A stretch of DNA of 64,000 nucleotides from Octopus sinensis (lineage: Eukaryota), in contig NC_043000.1 of assembly GCF_006345805.1 (NCBI RefSeq), positions 128,650,001-128,714,000 of the forward strand, read 5' to 3'. Below the pieces are notes generated by a model, which was not told the origin of the DNA, did not search any database, and worked only from the letters and a program-made list of their open reading frames with translations. Within the stretch, counting starts at the first letter, position 1. Every line of letters begins with the position of its first letter. Positions 13,175-26,660 of the stretch are shown piece by piece. The position numbers and the translations under genes are program-made.

Positions 13175-13420
13175 TAAAAACGTTAACAATGCTAGAAAGC
13201 AGCTGGAGTTAATGACATCATTTTCTGTTGACATAGAAATGAAATTTCACCTGAAGAAATGCTCATATTTGATTGTTGACCATGGATAATCAGTCCTCCA
13301 GACCCAAAACCTGTGCATCAACGATCTCACTATCTCTCCTGCCCCACACAAAGAATGCTACAATACCTAGGCATTGATGAAGACATATTAAATGAAGTTG
13401 CTGTGAATAAAGATAGAATC
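13175..13420 (+). mobile_element. R4/Dong-like non-LTR retrotransposon, RT fragment
   Basis: Reads FSVDIEMKFHLKKC...Y(K)YLGIDE...NKDRI, matching the FS.DIGM.FGL.KC and YKYLGI.E segments of RLE-type RTs. Confidence 0.7.
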
Positions 13421-13598
13421 TTTTCTACTATAGGCACAAGGCCCGAAATTTTGGGGTAGGGGGCCAGTCGATTAGATTGACCTCAGTACTCAACTGGTAC
13501 TTATTTTATCGATCACGAAAGGATGAAAGGCCTCGGTGGAATTTGAACTCATAACGTAAAGACAGACGAAATACTGCTAAGTATTTCTCCCGGCGTGT
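13420..13598 (-). mobile_element. SINE family 1 copy
   Basis: TAGGCACAAGGCCCGAAATTTTGGGG...GAATTTGAACTC is the reverse complement of the family consensus. Confidence 0.85.
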
Positions 13599-14269
13599 GA
13601 TTAAAGGTAGAATGACCTGCGAATATCGCACCAAACTTAGAAAAATATGGCAGTCGGAAATCTCCTCTTACAACAAGTCAGTATTCCACAATGCATTTAC
13701 AGTACCAATGCTGATTCCAAGACGTGGGATATTTCACTGATCTCTCTCACACTGTCTCTCTCACACTCACACTCATACTGTTCACGTCAGTCCAACGCAT
13801 TGTATTATTGAAAACTGCGGTTATCGCCGTGAAGACACTTACCTGTAATACTGCACAATGGAATCGAACGGTTGGCGGCAAATGATTTCTCGAGAGATGG
13901 CACTAGTTGATACCAGAAGATTGGAGAATTCTTTGAGCCGTAAGGGATTGTCTGAAAATGATTTTCATGGGGTATTTTGGATAAACTTGGTGGGTTATTT
14001 ATTTCAGTTTATTGATTGTCGAAACATGTCTGTAGATGTAGGTGTTGCACTTCTTATCTCTATACTGTCAAGATGATGATGACGGCGACGAACATATTGC
14101 CGTTTAACCCCAGATGAATGCTGACAACAGATTTATGATCAAAGACGTTCTGTATGTGACCGTTCCATTTTTAGTGATACGCCGGAATACGTGATTTAAC
14201 TTTATTGCCAGTAATGTAACTCAGACAAATCCGAATACTCAATTTTCGGTGACATGTCCGAGGTAATAA

Positions 14270-14960
14270 TAATGACTTTTGATTTAGACTCAAAACCACC
14301 AATGTTGAGTTGTTAGTCGATTAAATCGATCCAAGTCCTTGAGTGGTGCTTTATTTTATCAACCCTCGGATACTTAGAACGTAACCGGAACAAATACTGC
14401 AAGACATTTTGCTCGACGCTGTACTGATTCTGCTAATTCTTGGGTGTCAGGCTAATGATAATAATTTCTAATATAGACACAAAATAGCATTTTGGGCGAG
14501 GAGAAGTATAGCCGATTATTTTCTACAACAGTTCTTGAGTGGTAATTTATTTTATCGACCCCTGAAGAATGATAGACGAGGATGAGCTTGGTAGGATTTG
14601 AACTCAAGGTAAAGAGCCAATCCACCAACATTATGCTAATATTATAATAATGATATTTGATTTAGGCACAAGGCCACCAATTTTGAGAGGAATATGTTAG
14701 TCGATTACATTGATTTTAGTAATTGACTGCTACATTATTTTATCTATCCCAAAAGGGTGAAAAACAGTTGACTTTAGTAGGATTTGGAAACAACGCAAAG
14801 AGACAGAGCAAACACTGCGAAGTATTTATTCTGGTTCTTTGTGAGATTTTTGCCTTCTATTCCTTCGGGGGTGGATAAATAAAGTACCAATCAGGTATAC
14901 TGAGATCGATAGTACCAACTAACCTGCTCCCATTAAGACTAATTTTCTTGTGCCTAAATT
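14270..14960. mobile_element. Cluster of degenerate SINE family 1 copies (three minus, one plus)
   Basis: Repeated TTATTTTATCGACC and GATTTGAACTC motifs. Confidence 0.65.
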
Positions 14961-16909
14961 TCGTAGAAACCAGGTAATGTTAATAATTATATAAATAACA
15001 GGCAGTCATTTTAATTTACTTTAACTAATTAAAGGCTGAATATCTAAAGAAGTATTGATCCTATTGGATATCTTGTTGTGCACCTTCAAGGAGACAGTCG
15101 GACAGTCATTGCAAGAAGGTGACAGAAGGCATGAGCAAATGTCTGGATATATTTTTGAAATCCCATCAAAAATTAAACTACAAATAGTCAACGAGAGAAT
15201 CTCTATGTGGTCGCTCAACTAGCCAGAAATAACAACCAAATCTCTCCTCCATCCCAATTACTCTCTGTCTCCCCTTAGAGTATAAACACAGATTAGCTGA
15301 TGTAATCCTAGGCGAAATGATTACCATTGGAATATCTCCAGTCATGGGTCATCTTCATCGATGTAGTTAAAAAATAAAAGAAAAAATATTCACGGGATTG
15401 TTATTAATAAAAGAACGCAATGCATGTATGGCTGCTTCAGTTCCATTTCTGAGTGACAAAACGCATTTAATGAGGATATAAATAATGGGCACGTTGTATT
15501 TTAAGCAAATGTGCATGCTATATTTAGACAACAAGTTTTATTGTGTTGCCAACAACTATAGGTCGTATGTTCCCATTCTTCCTTTTTGTTTTATGGTAGA
15601 AGAATAGGAAGTATTGTTATTGTTATGATTTGCTTTCACTGCATAACCTTGGCTATGTTCAGAGTTTTATTTCGTTTTGTATACTTTTATTGTATTGAAA
15701 GTACTCTACATAATATATGTGCAGTGCTTAGTGTGATGTTTTCTAAGCAATGTTTTTGTCTCTAAGTTGCACAGTTTAGGTTATATATTTATCTGTATAT
15801 CTTTTTATCCCCCTGCATGCATTTACAATAAACTTCCCAAATAACGGCAAACTCTGGGATTCGAGATGCCGTTGTTGTGAACTTTTTAACATGCATTCAT
15901 TACGTAAATAAAGAGGGTACGGTAAATAAGAAATAAAGATAAAATATAATGAATACCACTGTATTAGCTCCTAAGTGCAGAATAAACAATTTGCGAAAGA
16001 AAAAAAAAAGCAACGGAAGCCGACATAACAAATTAACACATTGCCAGCAGCTTTCACTTAAAATCTGAACTCGTTTTACCACTAAGCAACTCTTTAATGA
16101 AACCGCATTTTACTACCACGAAGCACGTCTTACACATCTCTGCTACACATATCAGAAGTACAAGAAATACATTTAGAAGAGAAACATCACATGACATAAC
16201 ACTCCATTCAACATAACTACAGTTAACCTGACAGGTAGATCCTTTTCCCACGTAGAAAACACTTTTACAGATTCTATAAAATATTTAGAAGGAATATCAT
16301 ATAATTATCATGCTCTACTTCACCGAATTTTTCACACACCCTAACTTCTTGTAACATATACAAACTCAGCTCTACAAACTAACAATGCTAACTAATTGTG
16401 TAAATCCTAAACTTGCTCTTGAATTCCAAATGCATAGTCAGAGATATAGTTTACCAATGCAATTTTACCTTCAATAACTCAATGAACACATATATAGAGT
16501 TAACTTCTACTCTGTTGAAATCACGTTATAAATCAAGTTACACCCACCCATTCAAAGAACCCTTACAGAAAAACAAAATGAGATATTTAGCTAAGTACCT
16601 CAAATATAGTAAGGTCGACATTACATTTCATCCTTTCTGAGTCTATAGCAAAATACTTTACTTCATCTAAACAACTATAGCCTCTCCAAAATGTCTACCC
16701 TTGTGAGTACAAAATGCTTGACATTATTGTGCGTCTTTCGTGCGAAACGTCTTTCTGCAGCTCGTCTCCATAGAAAGAGATGCAACCATATACCTTGATT
16801 AGACGTTTGGCATCTAAAATGCTGCTAGGTCTCTTTCAATCATTGCAGACCTGGAGTTAAATAATCACCACAACAAAGCTTGAAGGACGAGAGAGTAGGA
16901 CTGGTTTTG

Positions 16910-17580
16910 CACAAACCATGCGCACTATAATAATAAAGCTCTTCTGCTATATTGCGTAATTTACTGAACGTTTTAAAGAAAGCTAACAGAGTAAATTCCT
17001 ACAAGAGACCCTACAGGGACCCTAAGAAAGATCTGTACAGTTTTATTTAACCAATATCTGGCATCCACTGCGACTCCATGGATGCTGCAAACGTATTGGC
17101 TCGTCTTTCTTTCATGGCATATCCATGAGTGGACAGGTGGTAAGTGTACTTGGGGCAAGACATTCAGTTCTGGAAACAGTCCCGGCACAACAGAGTTTGT
17201 TGAGTTACCAACGATGAAAAGGCCAACTGTGTTGGTTGTTATAGCTGTTGTAGTAACTGATATTCTTGGTTTTATTTTTGTTTTTACTATTGTTCTTACT
17301 GATACTGCTACTTTGGTCGTCAACCCTCAGCTAGCAGAAAAACAATCGAATGCATACCATCCGTTGTCATCCTGAACTTTCCCTATACACAGAAAACTCA
17401 GAACCACATTATCTAACATATCCTTCTATTAGAGAGTGGAGTGTGATTTTAGGAAGATTTGGGTACCACCCCCTGAGGCAAATGTCTTCCACCGTAGACA
17501 CGAGTGTCCAATAACCTTGCAAACGAAATGTAGTAAACCGAAGCTGTACAGAAGCTTGTCTTGAAAGTCCTTCTTTTCCG
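16910..17580 (+). mobile_element. Decayed apurinic-type endonuclease domain of an RTE-like LINE
   Basis: Frameshifted segments (N)MRTI, FLQET, SMDAAN(G)IG and GN.PGTT correspond to APE motifs WNVRT, QET, GGVG and GNP.TT. Confidence 0.45.
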
Positions 17581-17721
17581 ATTGTTCCATTTATATTGAC
17601 TTTGGTCATAGCTCTAACATACAACCACTAATACTTGTGATGGTAGCGGTAGTGTTGAGGATGGTGGTGGTGGCGGCAGTAGTAGTTGTATCAGCAGTAG
17701 AAGCAGCAGCAGCAGTAGCAA

Positions 17722-17762
<41 letters not shown>

Positions 17763-20491
17763 AATAAATACGTAAATAAAGCATACCAGGAGACAACAAA
17801 CTGAAATCTTTTAGCCTAATTTTGTGTGTGTTTGCGGTGGATAAAATCGGTTTGGAAATAACAAATGCCTGTAAAATTATTCAGGTTGCGCTTTTAAACA
17901 AAGGTCGTTTCATAACAACTGCCACCATCGCCACCACAACCACCTCCACCATTGCAAGTTGTGTCACTACTACCTTCCACTAATACATACACCCACAACA
18001 CACACACACACACAGCACCCACCCACACACACACTCACACACAAAACACACACACACACAATACACACACATACAAACACACAAACTATCACACACACAG
18101 AGTACTATAACTTAATTGGAAAATAAATAAAAAAAACTTTCACAAAATGAATTAACAACACATTCACTAAACTATGCTTCAGAGTGTCTGTGTTTTATTT
18201 GTAAATTATGCAGAGAATTGTGCTCCTGCTAGTAGTAGTAGTAGTAGTAGTAGTAGAGTAGTAGTAGTAGTAGTAGTAGTAGTGGGAGGAGGGGGAGGAG
18301 GAGGAGGATGAAGGGGAGGAGATGGTAGAGGAGGAGGAGGGCAATTGTTGGGTTTTTGTTCTAATTGTTGTTTAGTCCAATGTCAGTCTGCCTTACAGGC
18401 ATTTCATCCGTCTTTACGGTCTGAATTCAAACTCCACAAAGGTCGGTTTTTGCGTTTCGTCCTTTCGGAGTACCAGTTGAGCACTGAGATCGATGTAATC
18501 GACTTAACACAACCCTTAAAACTGCTGGCCTTATACCAAAATTTGAGAATCAGAGAGGGTGGAATGTATTTTCAAACTTGGCCTGAAGTGGGCTTCGCTT
18601 AAGGCACTCAAAGTTTCGAGGTGGTTGTATTAAACCAGGTGACAGTTTGTCTACCATTTATGGACAAAAACGTTCTAGCCTGACCACTCCTCAACAGTAT
18701 TGTACGTTGGGTGCATGGTATTTTGGCAGATCGATTGACAGCGCAGCGAGGGGTCTTCTGGTTGTGTTTTGTCCCAGGTCAGATTTAATCGTTCAGGTTT
18801 GTGGTCAAAGACATCAAATCCATTACCCCCTCTGTTTTTTTTCTTCTTTTTCATGCTCTGAATTATATTGTTCGATGAATCCTTCATTTACTTAAGATAA
18901 CAGCATGATTTGAGGAAGTTTTGACTGCTGTTTCTTGCCAATCTAGTCTTTGACCATCAATCAGTAGATCTGAAGATCATACTGACCAATATACGTATGT
19001 ATTTATGTATGCTTAGAGGCTAGTGCTTTCTACGAGTCTCGAATCTACCCAGGCCTTGTGAACGAGATTCGTTACACAGAAACATTGTAGAAGTCCGTCG
19101 GTTAGATTGTACCAGTAAATCTTAGGTCTAGCCTTGGCACTTACTGTTACACTGATTCGGCTAAAAAATTGCTTTAAGGTTATGCATGTATGTAGAGTAC
19201 TCAATTATAATACAGTTAGCAGGTATAATTAGTTGCAACAACCAGAACAATCATTCATCAAAACCGATGCGAGATATATTCATTCACATGTATCTGTATG
19301 TACTCATGCTCTTTTACACTTATACTCCTTTTAGTCAGTAGATTATGGTCATGCTGGGGCACCACCTTTAAGGGTTTGGTTGATCGAATTGATCCAAGTA
19401 TTTTAAAGTTTGGTACTTATTCTAAAGTCTTCTTTTTGTTCAATTGCTAAGTTATGGTTGTCAATCAGTGAGAAACATACTAAAACAAAAATGCACACAC
19501 TCATGTGATGGGCTACTGCACAATCTTCGTTTACTAAATTCACTCATCGAAGGCATTAGCCAGCCGGGAGCTATGGCAGAAAAAATTGCCCAAAGTGTTG
19601 TAGTGTGGGGCTGAATCCGAAACCACGTTTCGTTTTGATTTTACCTGCTGAGTCTGGAGAAAAGGATAGAGCCCATTATCTTCGCAAAGTTCTCTGGAAC
19701 TGGTGAGATTGAAGAGAACTTCTTTACGACAGTCATGCCTGCGCCTCGTGTACATAAAATCAATGGTAATTCACGGAAAAAAATAACAAAATTGAGAAGA
19801 AACAAATGCACACACACAATGAAGACTTGTTAGATTAAATAATTCAACGTGGCTTGTAAATATATAAAGTTTTACGCCTCCTGGTTTACATTAAAAATTC
19901 TGACAGCTGTAATATATTCCAGTTGGTTGTCCTGTGTTACAGCATCAGAGGACTGTTCTGTTGATGACTGATAATATATGCTACTGATAAGGGTACCAAG
20001 GCAAGTGAACAGGTGAATGTTTAAAATCGATGTATTCTTTCTCCAAATATGATTCAAGAGATTCAGTCTATGAGATAATGGTAAATTCACGAACGATTGC
20101 CTCCCTCTGGCTCTAGTTCAAGTATAGTAAACTCGTAGTACTCGAGTTACATGCTGCCTTTCATGACTTTACTTATGGTACGCCTCATGACAAATGCATA
20201 CATATAACTGCTAAAATTTCGTACCCTTATTGGAATCTCGCGGGAGAAATCAGCGTGACACTGTGTTACAAAGCTATATTTTGGATTACAGGTACAATCC
20301 ACTCGACAAATTTTCGACAAGTTTTCGACCCGAAGTTACAGAAAATTCGCATTTGACCAAAATGCCATGTTGTGAGCTAGAACCCGGATCCATGGATTTG
20401 TGAAGCCAACTTCGTAACTATTCGACTACAATGCATCTACACGCGCGCGCGCACACACACACATGCACACGAATGCCCACACATAATAACC

Positions 20492-20699
20492 CTTTCTACT
20501 ATAGACACAAGGCCTGCAATTTGGGGGAGATGGATAGTCGATTTCATCGACCCAGGGCGCAACTGGTACTTATCACATTGACCCCGAAAGGAAGAAAGGC
20601 AAAGTTGACGTCGGCGGAATTTGCACACTGAACGTGCAGACAAACTAAATGCTGCTAAGCGTTCGCCTGACGTGCTAACGATTCTGCCAGCTTGCCGCC
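20492..20699 (-). mobile_element. SINE family 1 copy
   Basis: Full reverse-complement match from tail to GGCGGCAAGCTGGCAGAATCGTTAG head. Confidence 0.85.
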
Positions 20700-20740
20700 T
20701 TATGCATACACATAATAACAATATGTATAACATTATTAAT

Positions 20741-21280
20741 GTGTACGGAAACGTAGAACAGCGCTAGTTCTAATATTTTCTTAAAAGAATGAGTGTGTTA
20801 AAAACATAGAGCTCCCTCTATGTGGTGTCGTTGGATTGTCAGCCACCGAAGTTTCGACCTACTTTGGCCTCTTGTCAACGAGCACCTTCGAACATCCTAA
20901 GCTAATACGAAATCTTTTATTTCTAACTAGAAATCAGAAAAATGAAAAAATAAAATGAAGGCAATTCGCTGTAGAAGCTGTCCTGGCTTAAAAATCAAAT
21001 CGATATAAAAACTTGAAACAATATTAAACTAAAATAACGATGTGTGACATTTGTGCGGTGTATACAAACGCAGAACAGTGCTAGCTCTAATGTTTTGTTT
21101 CAGTGGAACTTAATTCAAGAGACTTAGCATGTTAAAAACACAAAGTTCGCTCAAAATAACGTTAGGGAATCGTCAAGACTGGTGTTTCGGTCTATTTTTG
21201 TCCCTTCAGTGATGGAAATTCTCGAACGTTCTGAGCTATGTCGGAATCTTCATTCCTATATAGAAATCGGTAAACATAAT
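20741..21280 (-). repeat. Two diverged tandem units (period ~317 bp), each with a decayed hammerhead-like motif on the minus strand
   Basis: Units start at 20741 and 21058. Minus-strand motifs: TTGACAAGA-GGCC-AAAGTA-GGTC-GAAAC-TTCG-GTG (20839-20880) and CTGAAG-GGAC-AAAAATA-GACC-GAAAC-ACCA-GTC (21172-21215). Confidence 0.6.
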
Positions 21281-21534
21281 ATTCGCTGATTTGTGTGAAA
21301 TGTCAGAATGATTTTAAACGAAGAAAAAAATGAGTATAGTATAAATCCAGTAGATATTAAAGTAATATTAAAGACAAAAAAAAAGAAAGAAAGTATCAAT
21401 CCTGAACTAATGAGAAGTCTGCACTTTCTCCATCCAAATTATAACTTTATACTATAATTGTGATTGCTGGAGCACTTTATTGTGGTTAATAACTGCTTCA
21501 GCATCCAATATCGAAAAGTTAAGAAAGCATTTAT

Positions 21535-21822
21535 GGAACTGTGAAAAAATGTAAAACATTCCAGAAATATAGCCTATAATAGACACATATACACGTATAG
21601 ACATACGAACATATTTATATGTACACCTACATTATAATATACATGCGCACACACGCCTCACAAAATTAGAAAGAGTACTGCTAACTAAAATATTATAATT
21701 ACAAACCATTAATGGTGTTGTGAAAATATGTAGAACATTCCAGATATATAGCCTATAATAGACACATATACATGTATAGACATATAAGCATATTTATATG
21801 TACACTACATATTTATACATGC
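21535..21822 (+). repeat. Direct duplication of ~115 bp (period ~177 bp)
   Basis: GTGAAAAAATGTAAAACATTCCAGAAATATAGCCTATAATAGACACATATACA recurs nearly identically near 21720. Confidence 0.85.
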
Positions 21823-22069
21823 GATAGCACTCATGTTATCTCATGAGGGCCATCGCATGAGGTACCTACCTACCTACCCACCTACCTACCATTGAAATTC
21901 GAATGAAGGAGCCTTGGATCTAGGTTAGAAACTGGCCCTTTCTCTGTTGGCGAGAATTTTAAATAATAAAAGCTAAATAACATACATACAAGCATAACAC
22001 ACACACACACACACACACATACAGACACACAGACACACATACACACACACATGCACACTCATACACACA

Positions 22070-22165
22070 CACACACAAACGCACGCGTGCGCGCACACAC
22101 ACACACAAACGCACGCGTGCGCGCACACACACACACAAACGCACGCGTGCGCGCACACACACACA
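22070..22165. repeat. 30-bp minisatellite x3 (CACACACACACAAACGCACGCGTGCGCGCA)
   Basis: Directly visible, period 30. Confidence 0.85.
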
Positions 22166-22529
22166 CACACAAACACACATAATTGCATTTAAGGTCTGAA
22201 AACGCTGTTTTCTGTAAAAAATACATAAGTATACATAAATACACATTTTATAGAGGTATGCAAATTGCTACTGTTCATGTTGTTTTTGTTGTTGTTATTG
22301 TTGATGTTGTTGTTGTTGCTAACATTGTTGCTGTTCTTGAATTTGCCGAGGGATCCAGATGTTGCCGAGTGGTACAGTTCACTGGAATAGTCTTGTAGTG
22401 AAATCGGTCAGCTGGAACTGAAAAGCGACAACGGATACCCCCATTTTATACTAAAACACCCATTTCTCGTCAATTTACTACTTTGCGAACTTACTCCCGT
22501 TCATTATTATTATTATTACTATTATTATT

Positions 22530-22574
<45 letters not shown>

Positions 22575-22579
22575 ATTAA

Positions 22580-22780
22580 GACGGCGTGCTGGCAGAATCG
22601 TTAGCGCCTCGGAAAAAATGCTTTGCAGTATTTCTTGCAGGTTTTTACGTACTAAATTTGAATCAACTTTGCCTTTCATCCTTTTAAGGTCGATAAAATA
22701 AAGTACCTGTCAAGTACTGAGGTCGATTTAATCGAGTAACCCACTCCAGAAATTACAGTCTTTGTACCCAAATTTGAAAT
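22580..22780 (+). mobile_element. SINE family 1 copy
   Basis: Head GACGGCGTGCTGGCAGAATCGTTAG and central CTTTGCCTTTCATCC...GGTCGATAAA. Confidence 0.8.
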
Positions 22781-22813
22781 CATCATCGTCATCCGAATGA
22801 GACTACTCAGACT

Positions 22814-23715
22814 ATTCTAGGCATCGACGAGTACAGTCTGAGTAGTCTCTTCCGGAGGACCCCCGGGTCGAAGATCATGTACAATTTCCAAAAGTCTTTG
22901 GCATGGCAGTGCTAAAAGAGGTGCATTGCCTGTACAAGACAAGCTTCAGGTATGGAAGAGCCAACAGCCGAACCTACCCGAGATGCTTGCTGGGGGCAAA
23001 ACTGTCCTGTATGCAATAATTCAATGTCCGTGCAATAGAGTGTTGTGGGATTTTGTGGAGCAGCTGCTGTCTCGTGTAAAACGAATTCAGCTGTCTGTTG
23101 GGTGTATAGTGAAGATCGACACATCATCTTCCTTTAGCAGAGAAGGAAGGCAGATCCTTCACTGCTTAGGGGCGGTGGTAAAAGAGGCTGTGTGGTGGAC
23201 CCGTCTGAAAGGTTTGAAGACAGGCACTTTCCTATCTGGCCAAGTCCTCATCAATTTCTTCAAATATCATTTCAAGTGGAAGGTGAGGGTAGAGAGGGAG
23301 TCGCTGCCTTCTAGTATGTTTATCAAAAGGTTGTTGACAGTGGCAAAACTGGTGAGACTGAATAGATCGACTCTGAGTATCCTTTTCTAAGCAGGAAGAA
23401 ACTGGAAGAGAGTACTTTCCCTTACTTTGGGGATGGCAGAGTAATGTGGGATTTTTGCGTGGGGTTTACCCCGGATTTCCCTAAGTCGACTGCCTCGCTA
23501 ATGGGGATTATAATTATTTGTTTGTTTATTTATTTATTTATTTATTTATTCATTATCTATTTCTCTAATTTCTATAATATCATCTGTTGTATCCCTTAAT
23601 GTGGTAGTATCTCCCTTTGATCGATGTAAACCCCATTTTGTTTTTGTTTTTTATTTGTGTGCTGTAACTCGTCCTCCGATATTGTTCTCCATGTCTTAAG
23701 CCTCTGCGGCCAATA
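22814..23715 (+). mobile_element. Tx1/L1-like LINE, 5'-truncated 3' end (zinc-knuckle region, 3' UTR, (ATT)n tail)
   Basis: Reads ILGIDEYSLSSLFRRT...FQKSLAWQC*RGALPVQDKL...YPRC...KTVLYAIIQCP...LWDFVEQLLSRV...KVRVERE, then AATAAA near 23712 and (ATT)n. Confidence 0.8.
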
Positions 23716-23720
23716 AAAAC

Positions 23721-23765
<45 letters not shown>

Positions 23766-23806
23766 TATTATTATTATTATTATTATTATCATTATTTAGC
23801 AGGAAA

Positions 23807-24017
23807 GGCGGTTAGCTGGCAGGATCGTTAGTATGCTGGGCAAAATATTTAGCGGTATTTCGTCCGTCTTTACGTACTGGGATCAAATTCCGGCGAGGTC
23901 GACTTTGCTTTACATCCTTTCGAGGTCGATAAATTAAGAACCAGTTACGTACTGGAGTGGATGCAATCCACTGTCCCCTCCCCCAAAATTTCAGGCCTTG
24001 TACCTATAGTAAAAAGG
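23807..24017 (+). mobile_element. SINE family 1 copy with (ATT)n tail
   Basis: Full head, central domain and tail AAATTTCAGGCCTTGTACCTATAGTAAAAAGG. Confidence 0.9.
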
Positions 24018-24230
24018 ATTATTATTATTATTATTATTGACTTGCTCAGACGTGTTTACATTGACCCTGATAGTTTGCTAAATTTTGTTTGTTAGAAATT
24101 CTTTTATTCAGCAGTTAGTTTATACCAGCTTCACTTTGGCAAAGAATGGAATCACCAAATTGTACCCTAAAGGGCACAACTCAAGTAATTTTATGTCGCT
24201 GTCGTCTGTTTTTTTTTTGCGTTCTAAGTT

Positions 24231-25016
24231 ATGGCAGCACAAACGCCCACAAACTGTTTCAATGAGGAGGTAGTAAGAGAGTCTCACACCACTACCAGCT
24301 TCATTAGAGAGCATGTAATGGAGAACAACAACAATATCATTACCATCATTAATAATGCTTGTGAAGATAGCAGTCTAGTCATGGAAGGGGAGGAGAACGC
24401 TACATTGACCATAGTTCGAAGTCCAACAAAGGAGAGCAGCTGTAACAGCAACAAGACCATCAGCACCTGCGGCGTCAGTTATAACAACAACAAGAGCAGC
24501 AGCAACAACAGCGTTCGCAAAAGCAGCCGTAGCGGCGGCCAAACAGCAACAGCAGAAAATAGTGGTAGCAACAACAGCAATAGCAATATTGGCTGCAGCA
24601 GCACTAACGTCAATAGCGACAATAAAAGGATTGGAGGCAGCAGATTAGAAAGTAGTAGCGGCAGGATCAGCATAAAGAGCTGTAACAACACCACGAACAG
24701 CAACAATACTAAGGTTTCTTTCACTGGGATGGCTGCCACAAAAGACCTTTTCACTCTCTCCTTGGAGGATGAATCTTCATAACTGGCGGATCCAGCTAAA
24801 TTTAGGAAAATTGAGGTCGGGTCGGTAGAGCAGAGCTTGTCCCCCATCCCCGAAATTCTTGCTGCAGCTTCTAAGAAACAGTTACTTTCAGATTCACCTA
24901 GATTAAATCTAGGCGACTGAAAACTCTTCCAGACGCCCAGATTGAAAGGGCTCTCGACGATATATAGTAGGACACCAGTTATGCGTCTAGGGTAAGGCAA
25001 TTCGGCGGGCTCCTGT
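24231..25016 (+). pseudogene. Probable ORF1 of a Tx1-like LINE, interrupted by stops
   Basis: 183-aa Ser/Asn-rich ORF. The frame continues past TAA (LADPAKFRKIEVGSVEQ...). It lies upstream of a same-strand Tx1-type EN fragment. The assignment rests largely on context. Confidence 0.45.
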
Positions 25017-25669
25017 TTTATTTAAGACTGATTCAGTATTCCAATTAAAAAGTATAAAATCCACAGAATTGTCTCCCCTTATTCACCGGAACTGAATAAC
25101 TCCCACCCCATTTCCTGTTTTGACACACACACAAACACACACACACACACAACCTTTTCAAACAAAACACTACACTTTAACATATGCATCCTAATCCTCC
25201 AAAGAAGTTTTTCCAAGGACTAATATTGAACTCTAAAAAGCATAAAGACACTACAATGTACCGGTATACTTATTCATTAATTTTTGTATATATGTATTAT
25301 TATTCTTTGAAAAAAAAAGACATTGTAAATTTATTTTTTCCCCTTCCTCAATTTAAAAAAATATTTTTTTCCTCTTCCAAATCTTGAAATTTTTGCCTTG
25401 CAATGAAAGCTGGTTAGATTTCTTTTTTCTTTTTTTAATTTTTCATACACCCATTTTTACTAAAATTTACTTTCAATTTAGCATTCTGCCTTATTATTTT
25501 TTCCTCTCCTATATATATATATTGTATAAAGATCGTGGGTAAGACCAAAACAAAAGATATCTGTATGCGTGTATGTATGTGTACGCGTGTGTGTGTGTGT
25601 GTGTATGTGTGTCCATGTCCTTGCGTCTGTGTTCACCCTCCCACCTGCGCTTGACAACCGGCAGTGGTG

Positions 25670-25950
25670 CTGTTTCAGAAAGACTGGGCTTCGTGATATG
25701 GTTGATTTGAGGCCGGGTGGTAAGTTGGTGATCCTGGACATAACGACAGCGGTGCCTTCAGACTATGTATGGCCCAATTGGGGGGGGGGGTAGGCGGATT
25801 TTGTCAGCTGTTTGGAGGTTTTCCTTGGGATGTCGCGTTCTTTTGTGTCAGTAGATGATTGGGCCGCGGTCTTGGATGTACCTCTGGACTGTATGAGGCT
25901 AGCTGATAGGAGAGGTGCGAGTAGAAACAAAAGTAATGAGATTATCAGTG
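25670..25950 (+). mobile_element. Tx1/L1-like endonuclease fragment
   Basis: GKLVILDI...ADFVSCLEVFLGMSRSFVSVDDWAAVLDVPLDC matches the L1-type EN segment F..L..FL....GDWNA.LD..LD. Confidence 0.6.
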
Positions 25951-26578
25951 CAGAGTAGAAAACCTAGTTGTTACATTTGAGAAACTTGAAAGAGGGAGAG
26001 AGAGTGTGTGTGAGTGGGATAGCTATGATTTATGTGTATGTGGAATAAATAAATGCTAAGAATGAACTTCGAATATACTCCTAGAAAGTAAATAGGCTTG
26101 TATTTACCAATGCATATATTCTGTGTTAACGTTCTGGGATATATGGACACTTCAGTAACTACTCGCATTTTTTCTCAACCGATTAAGAAAAGAACAAATT
26201 CCCAGGAAGCATCGTTATACATAGCACTTGGTCACGAAGAATTGGATGCAAAACTACTAGTACGAGCAAGGGGAAATAAAGCGAATGCGATTATATACAA
26301 TTGGAAAAAACCCGGTCTGAGATTGTGAAAATACATTCAGAGCGATCTATTGTGTGTGCGCGTGTACGCTCACACGCACCTACACATACACACGTAATTA
26401 GATCATTCGGAATGTGCTGCGTTTAACAAGTGTTTACACCTCACACCCACACAAACACACACACACGCGCGCGCGCGCACACATGTATATGTGTATGCAT
26501 GTGTGAGGGAACGTGGGTGTGCGAGCGCGCGTTTGTGTTGCTGTTAAGCAATTATACGGTTTCCCATTTACAGTGCCT

Positions 26579-26660
<82 letters not shown>

